Shown here one piece after another: positions 59,726-64,000 of a stretch of 64,000 nucleotides of DNA (its first letter is position 1; each line of letters opens with the position of its first letter). The position numbers and the translations under genes were made by a program. The stretch is taken from the NCBI RefSeq assembly GCF_902713615.1, contig NC_052175.1, forward strand, positions 12,069,271 through 12,133,270, given 5' to 3'. This DNA is from Scyliorhinus canicula (taxonomy: Eukaryota). The notes beneath the pieces are model-generated. The model worked only from the letters and a program-made list of their open reading frames with translations, did no database searches and was not told the origin of the DNA.

Positions 59726-60417
59726 TGTATGGGAGAGCCGTTTTCAGAACCCCAAAATGTATCGTGGAGTTCAACCAACCTCTCCCTTTAATGGATTGTT
59801 GCTTTTGAAGCACACAGCTTGTTCTCCAGCTGTGGTACTACAATTATGGACACGTGGGTTTTTAAACACAAAACAATGTTTATTCCATGAATTCAACTTA
59901 ACCTTTTTAAATAAACATTGGATCCCTTAAGACCCCTTACTTAAAATAATATAACACTACATAATTCCTCAAAATGTTCCTTCAAACCTCCAAAAGACTT
60001 AACACCTTTAAACAGAAACCCATCAGGTTAAAGACATTACTATTATGAGTTTAAATCACCCAAATGATTCAGAGATATTCTTTCATGGCAGAGATCACAG
60101 CAGATCCAGCTCACTGCAAACACCGACACACCCAAGCTCTTTTTCTCAAAACTGGCTTTCTCCTTTCAAAACAGCTCACAGCAAACCAGCCAGGCACTTT
60201 TCAGCTGCTCTCTCTCAAAGTGGCTTTCTCCTTTCAAACAGCTCACAGCAAACCAGCCAGGCACTTTTCAGCTGCTCTCTCTCAAACTGAAACTAAAAGC
60301 AGAAGTGATCTCAGCTCAGCTCCCCCCCTCTGACATTACTTCAGTAATATGAGCTGCTCCATTTCTTAAAGGTACATTGCTTAAACATCCATTTCTTCAA
60401 GATACTCTCACATGACA
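59726..60417 (-). mobile_element. Solo LTR, family A-related, 4-bp TSD aacc
   Basis: TG...catgaca ends, aacc on both flanks, interrupts the L1 RT. Confidence 0.75.
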
Positions 60418-60708
60418 AACCCCTCGACGCTCTAAGTGCCATTGCCAATGGCTCTATCGCCAGGGCAAAATGCAAGGAGGAAAGTCTACCCCTGCCTCGT
60501 CCCACAGTACAGCCGAAATATCCCACATTCATCCGCACTCTCGCTATCTACCCCCTATACAGCAACGGGACCCAGTCCACAAACCCCTGCCCGAACCCGA
60601 ACCACCCCAGCATCTCCCATAGGTCCTCCCACTCCACTCGGCCGAAAGCCTTCTCCGTGTCCATCGCCACCTCCACCTGAGGCATCAGAATCACGTTAAG
60701 CAGCCTCC

Positions 60709-61669
60709 TATTACGGGCCAGGGTTTAGAGAAGCCCAAAGTGTATCATGGAGTTCACCTGACCCACAGATTGTGGTATGGGGAGCACACGGCCCACTCTA
60801 CAGGTGTGATAGAGCAGTAAGCAATGTTTATTTATAGAACCAGTTAACACTTTATAAACCCCCAGTAAACATCTTAACAACTATCAACACCAATACAGTA
60901 CTCTATAAGTAACCCTTAATCTTTCCTATCAACATCCATAAGACAAATACCCTCTTCAACACAGACATCAGGTTTAAATTCTCTACTGAGAGCAGTTAGC
61001 ACTTTTAAATTAGCAAGTGATTTGAAGACATTCCTGTCATGCAGAAAGAGAACAGAACGACACCTAGTTTTGCTGGGTGCAGCTTCCAATCTGCAAAATG
61101 AAACTAAAGACCCCCTGCAGCTGCCTGCTCAAAGCCAAAGTAAAAACAGACAAACAGCCCAGCTCCACCCACACTCTGACATCACTGCAGCTATTTGATA
61201 AATAACCATTTCTTTTTTTTTAAATTTAGAATATCCAATTCATTTTTTCCAATTAAGGGGCTGGTTTAGCACAGGGCTAAATTGCTGGCTTTGAAAGCAG
61301 ACCGAGGCAGGCCAGTGGCATGGTTCAATTCCCGTACCAGCCTCCCCGAACAGGCGCCGGAATGTGGCCTCTTCATTGAAGCCTACTCGTGACAACAAAG
61401 CGAATTTCATTTTAATTTAGCCTGGCCAATCCATCTAGCCTGCACATCTTTTGGGTTGTGGGGGCGAAACCCACGCGAACACGGGGAGAATGTGCAAACT
61501 CCACGCGGACAGTGACCCAGAGACAGGATGGAACCTGGGACCTCGGCGCTGTGAGGCAGCAGTGCTAACCGGCTGCACCACCGAGCTGCCCTGACACCCA
61601 TTTCTCAAAGGTATACCCGCTATAGCTATCTGATAAACACCCGTTTCTTAAAAGTTCTCTCACATGACA
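60709..61669 (-). mobile_element. Solo LTR, family A, TSD ctcc, containing a V-SINE (~61213-61591) that itself contains a tRNA SINE (~61257-61405)
   Basis: ctcc on both flanks; nested element boundaries are visible. Confidence 0.72.
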
Positions 61670-61979
61670 CTCCTCACATTCGCCGGCAATTGCCTCCCTT
61701 TCACCAACCCCGTTTGGTCCTCACCTATCACCACCCCTGCCCGGGACACAGCCCACAATTCGCGAACCCAATGCCTTCTCCAACAATTTAGCGCCTACAT
61801 TCAACAACGATATCAGACAGTGCGATCCACACTGTGGTGATATGCATCACTGTAGATACACAAGGGGTAAATGTAAATACACGTAGAGTAGCTAGACACT
61901 AGAGGGAGCACCAGAGACACGACACATAGACACTCAACCAATAGATCAGTAAGATAGGACACGACCAATGGGCATTCAC

Positions 61980-63430
61980 TTTTTAAAAAAATAATTTTTG
62001 TTGGAATTTGTTGAAAAATATATATCAACAAAACAATAATAATAATAATAAACACCCCCCAGCACCCGTAACAACGCATATAAACAACCCCCCCACCCCA
62101 ATAAACAACAGAATAACTTAACAATAAGCAAATTAACTTAAACACTATCCCCTAAACCCCCCCCCCCCTTTCCCCCCCTCCCCCCGGGTTGCTGCTGCTG
62201 CTGACCTAGTACCTTATCGTTGAGCCAGAAAGTCGAGGAAAGTCTGCCACCTCCTAAAGAACCCTTGTACCGACCCCCTCAGGGCGAACTTGACCCTCTC
62301 CAACTTAATGAATCCCGCCATGTCATTGATCCAGGTCTCCACACTCGGAGAACTCGCATCTTTCCACTGCAGCAAGATCCTCCGCCGGGCTACTAGGGAC
62401 GCAAAGGCCAAAACATCGGCCTCTTTCGCCTCCTGCACTCCCGGCTCCGCTGCTACCCCAAATATCGCAAGTCCCCAGCCTGGCTTGACCCTGGATCCCA
62501 CCACCCTCGACACCGTCCCCGCCACCCCCTTCCAGAATTCCTCCAGTGGTCACCGATCCATCTGGAGCCTCCGCCTCTCCCTCAACAATCCCGCCCCCGG
62601 GGGGGGGGGGCTTCCGAATGCCTCCTGTCCACCCTCAGAATCCCTTCCACCAGCCTTGCCATTACTGCCCGTTCCACCTCCTCCCTGTGGGCCCGATTTG
62701 AAATAAACTCCCCCCCCCCCCCCACCCCCACCAACCATCGGCGAATACTCCAGGGTCAACTACCCCTCTCTCCCAAACAACACGACGGCCCCATTCCCCC
62801 TCACCTGCACCCACCTCCTAATCCGCCCCTCCCCACCCCATCCCGTTAACTAGCCCGCCCAGCTCGCCTGGCAGGCCCCGCCCAAGGCCTCTAAACCTCC
62901 TCCCCCATCCCTGCTTCCCCTACCCCCACCCCCCCTTGTACTCCCCCCCGATGTTCCCCAAACACCCACCACCGAACCCAGCAGAAAATTTCAGAGGGTA
63001 AAAAGGTTTTATGAGGGCGACATAAAGAACCCTTCTCACATCTCCTGCAAAGTTCAGCGTCCTCCTTCTCCTCCCAGTCCATTTTCCCTGACAAACCCCA
63101 TCGCCTGCTCTGGCGTACCAAAATAATACTCTCGATTGCCAGAGGCGGGCCGGGTACAGCATTCCAAACCGTACCCCCTTCTTAAAGAGGGCAGCCTTGA
63201 ACCGATTAAACCCGGCCTTCCGCTTTGCCGCCTCAGCGCCCGGGTCCGGGTACACCAGCAGCTCATTCCTCTCCCGGCTGCCTCACCCACCGAGGAATCT
63301 TCTCCTTGTCGAAGAGGCAGTGTAACCGCACCACCGTCGCCCTCGGCGACCTGCCCGCCTGCGGCCTCCCATCAGCGCCCTGTGCGCTCGGCCGACCTCC
63401 AGGGGCCGGTCGAAGACCCCCTCCCTAGGG
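61980..63430 (-). mobile_element. L1/Tx1 fragments: ORF2 3' end + 3' UTR (61980-62550) and ORF1 C-terminus (~62920-63430)
   Basis: KEADVLAFASLVARRRILLQWK; LFKKGVRFGMLYPARLW is an L1 ORF1-type motif. Confidence 0.75.
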
Positions 63431-64000
63431 GTGCACATCACCAACAACCTGTCCTGGTCCACTCACGTCGACGCTCCCACCAAGAAAGCACAACAGCGCC
63501 TATACTTCCTCAGGAAACGAAGGAAATTCGACATGTCCGCATTAACCCTTCCCAACTTTTACAGATGCCCCATAGAAAGCATCCTATCGGGCTGCATCAC
63601 AGCCTGGGTATGGCAACTGCTCGGCCCAGGACCGCAAGAAACTTCAGAGAGTCGTGAACACAGCCCAGTCCAGCACATGAACCCGCCTCCCATCCATGGA
63701 CTCCATCTACACCTCCCGCTGCCTGGGGAAAGCGGGCAGCATAATCAAAGACCCCCTCCCACCCGGCTTACTCACTCTTCCAACTTCTTCCATCGGGCAG
63801 GAGATACAGAAGTCTGAGAACACGCACGAACAGACTCAAAAACAGCTTCTTACCCTCTGTTACCAGACTCCTAAATGACCCTCTTATGGACTGACCTCAT
63901 TAACACTACACCCTGTCTGCTTCACCCGATGCCGGTGTCTATGTAGTTACATTGTGTACCTTGTGTTGCCCTATTATGTATTTTCTTTTATTCCCTTTTC
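63428..64000 (+). mobile_element. Rex1/Babar-clade LINE 3' fragment
   Basis: HITNNLSWSTH...KKAQQRLYFLRK...NFYRCPIESILSGCITAW. Confidence 0.8.

Larger units (their letters stand above)
52182..61815 (-). mobile_element. Fragmented L1/Tx1 (RT to 3' UTR) split by nested insertions
   Basis: Colinear minus-strand pieces: ISLLNV (~61815), NVRRLLN/EKAF (60418-60708), GYKLNMGKSE...LSLAG (59170-59480), GGLALPN...HMFWACPKL (54010-55130), polyA at ~52182. Confidence 0.75.

Overview
Vertebrate genomic DNA, GC-rich and dominated by repeats. The repeat families (HE1/V-SINE-like, DeuSINE/SacSINE1-like, CR1/HER1, L1/Tx1, Rex1/Babar) point to a cartilaginous fish, probably a shark; the species cannot be fixed from sequence alone. 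Three + strand genes are partly present: RAB13 (last five coding exons, 5336-23578, ending in the CaaX box CSLV), APH1A (CpG-rich promoter plus exons 1-3, 35952-40551) and an RFX5-type gene (last three coding exons, 46450-51225, with an AT-hook). A 500-N gap (43525-44024) must hide the rest of APH1A and the 5' half of RFX5, or mark a misjoin. Almost all long ORFs in the supplied track come from tandem repeats, N runs or TE remnants. Main observations: (1) at least eight minisatellite arrays grew in place from short segments of LINEs/SINEs, and two of the unit types arose repeatedly in independent copies; (2) a poly(A)-tailed V-SINE subfamily has L1-type long TSDs, suggesting a switch of LINE partner; (3) RAB13-APH1A adjacency mirrors the human RAB8B-APH1B paralog pair; (4) the APH1A promoter is built from repeated near-palindromic CCAAT + PBX/PREP-like modules; (5) a ~10 kb multi-level nested TE stack has readable TSDs. 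No prokaryote-type system (CRISPR etc.) is present.
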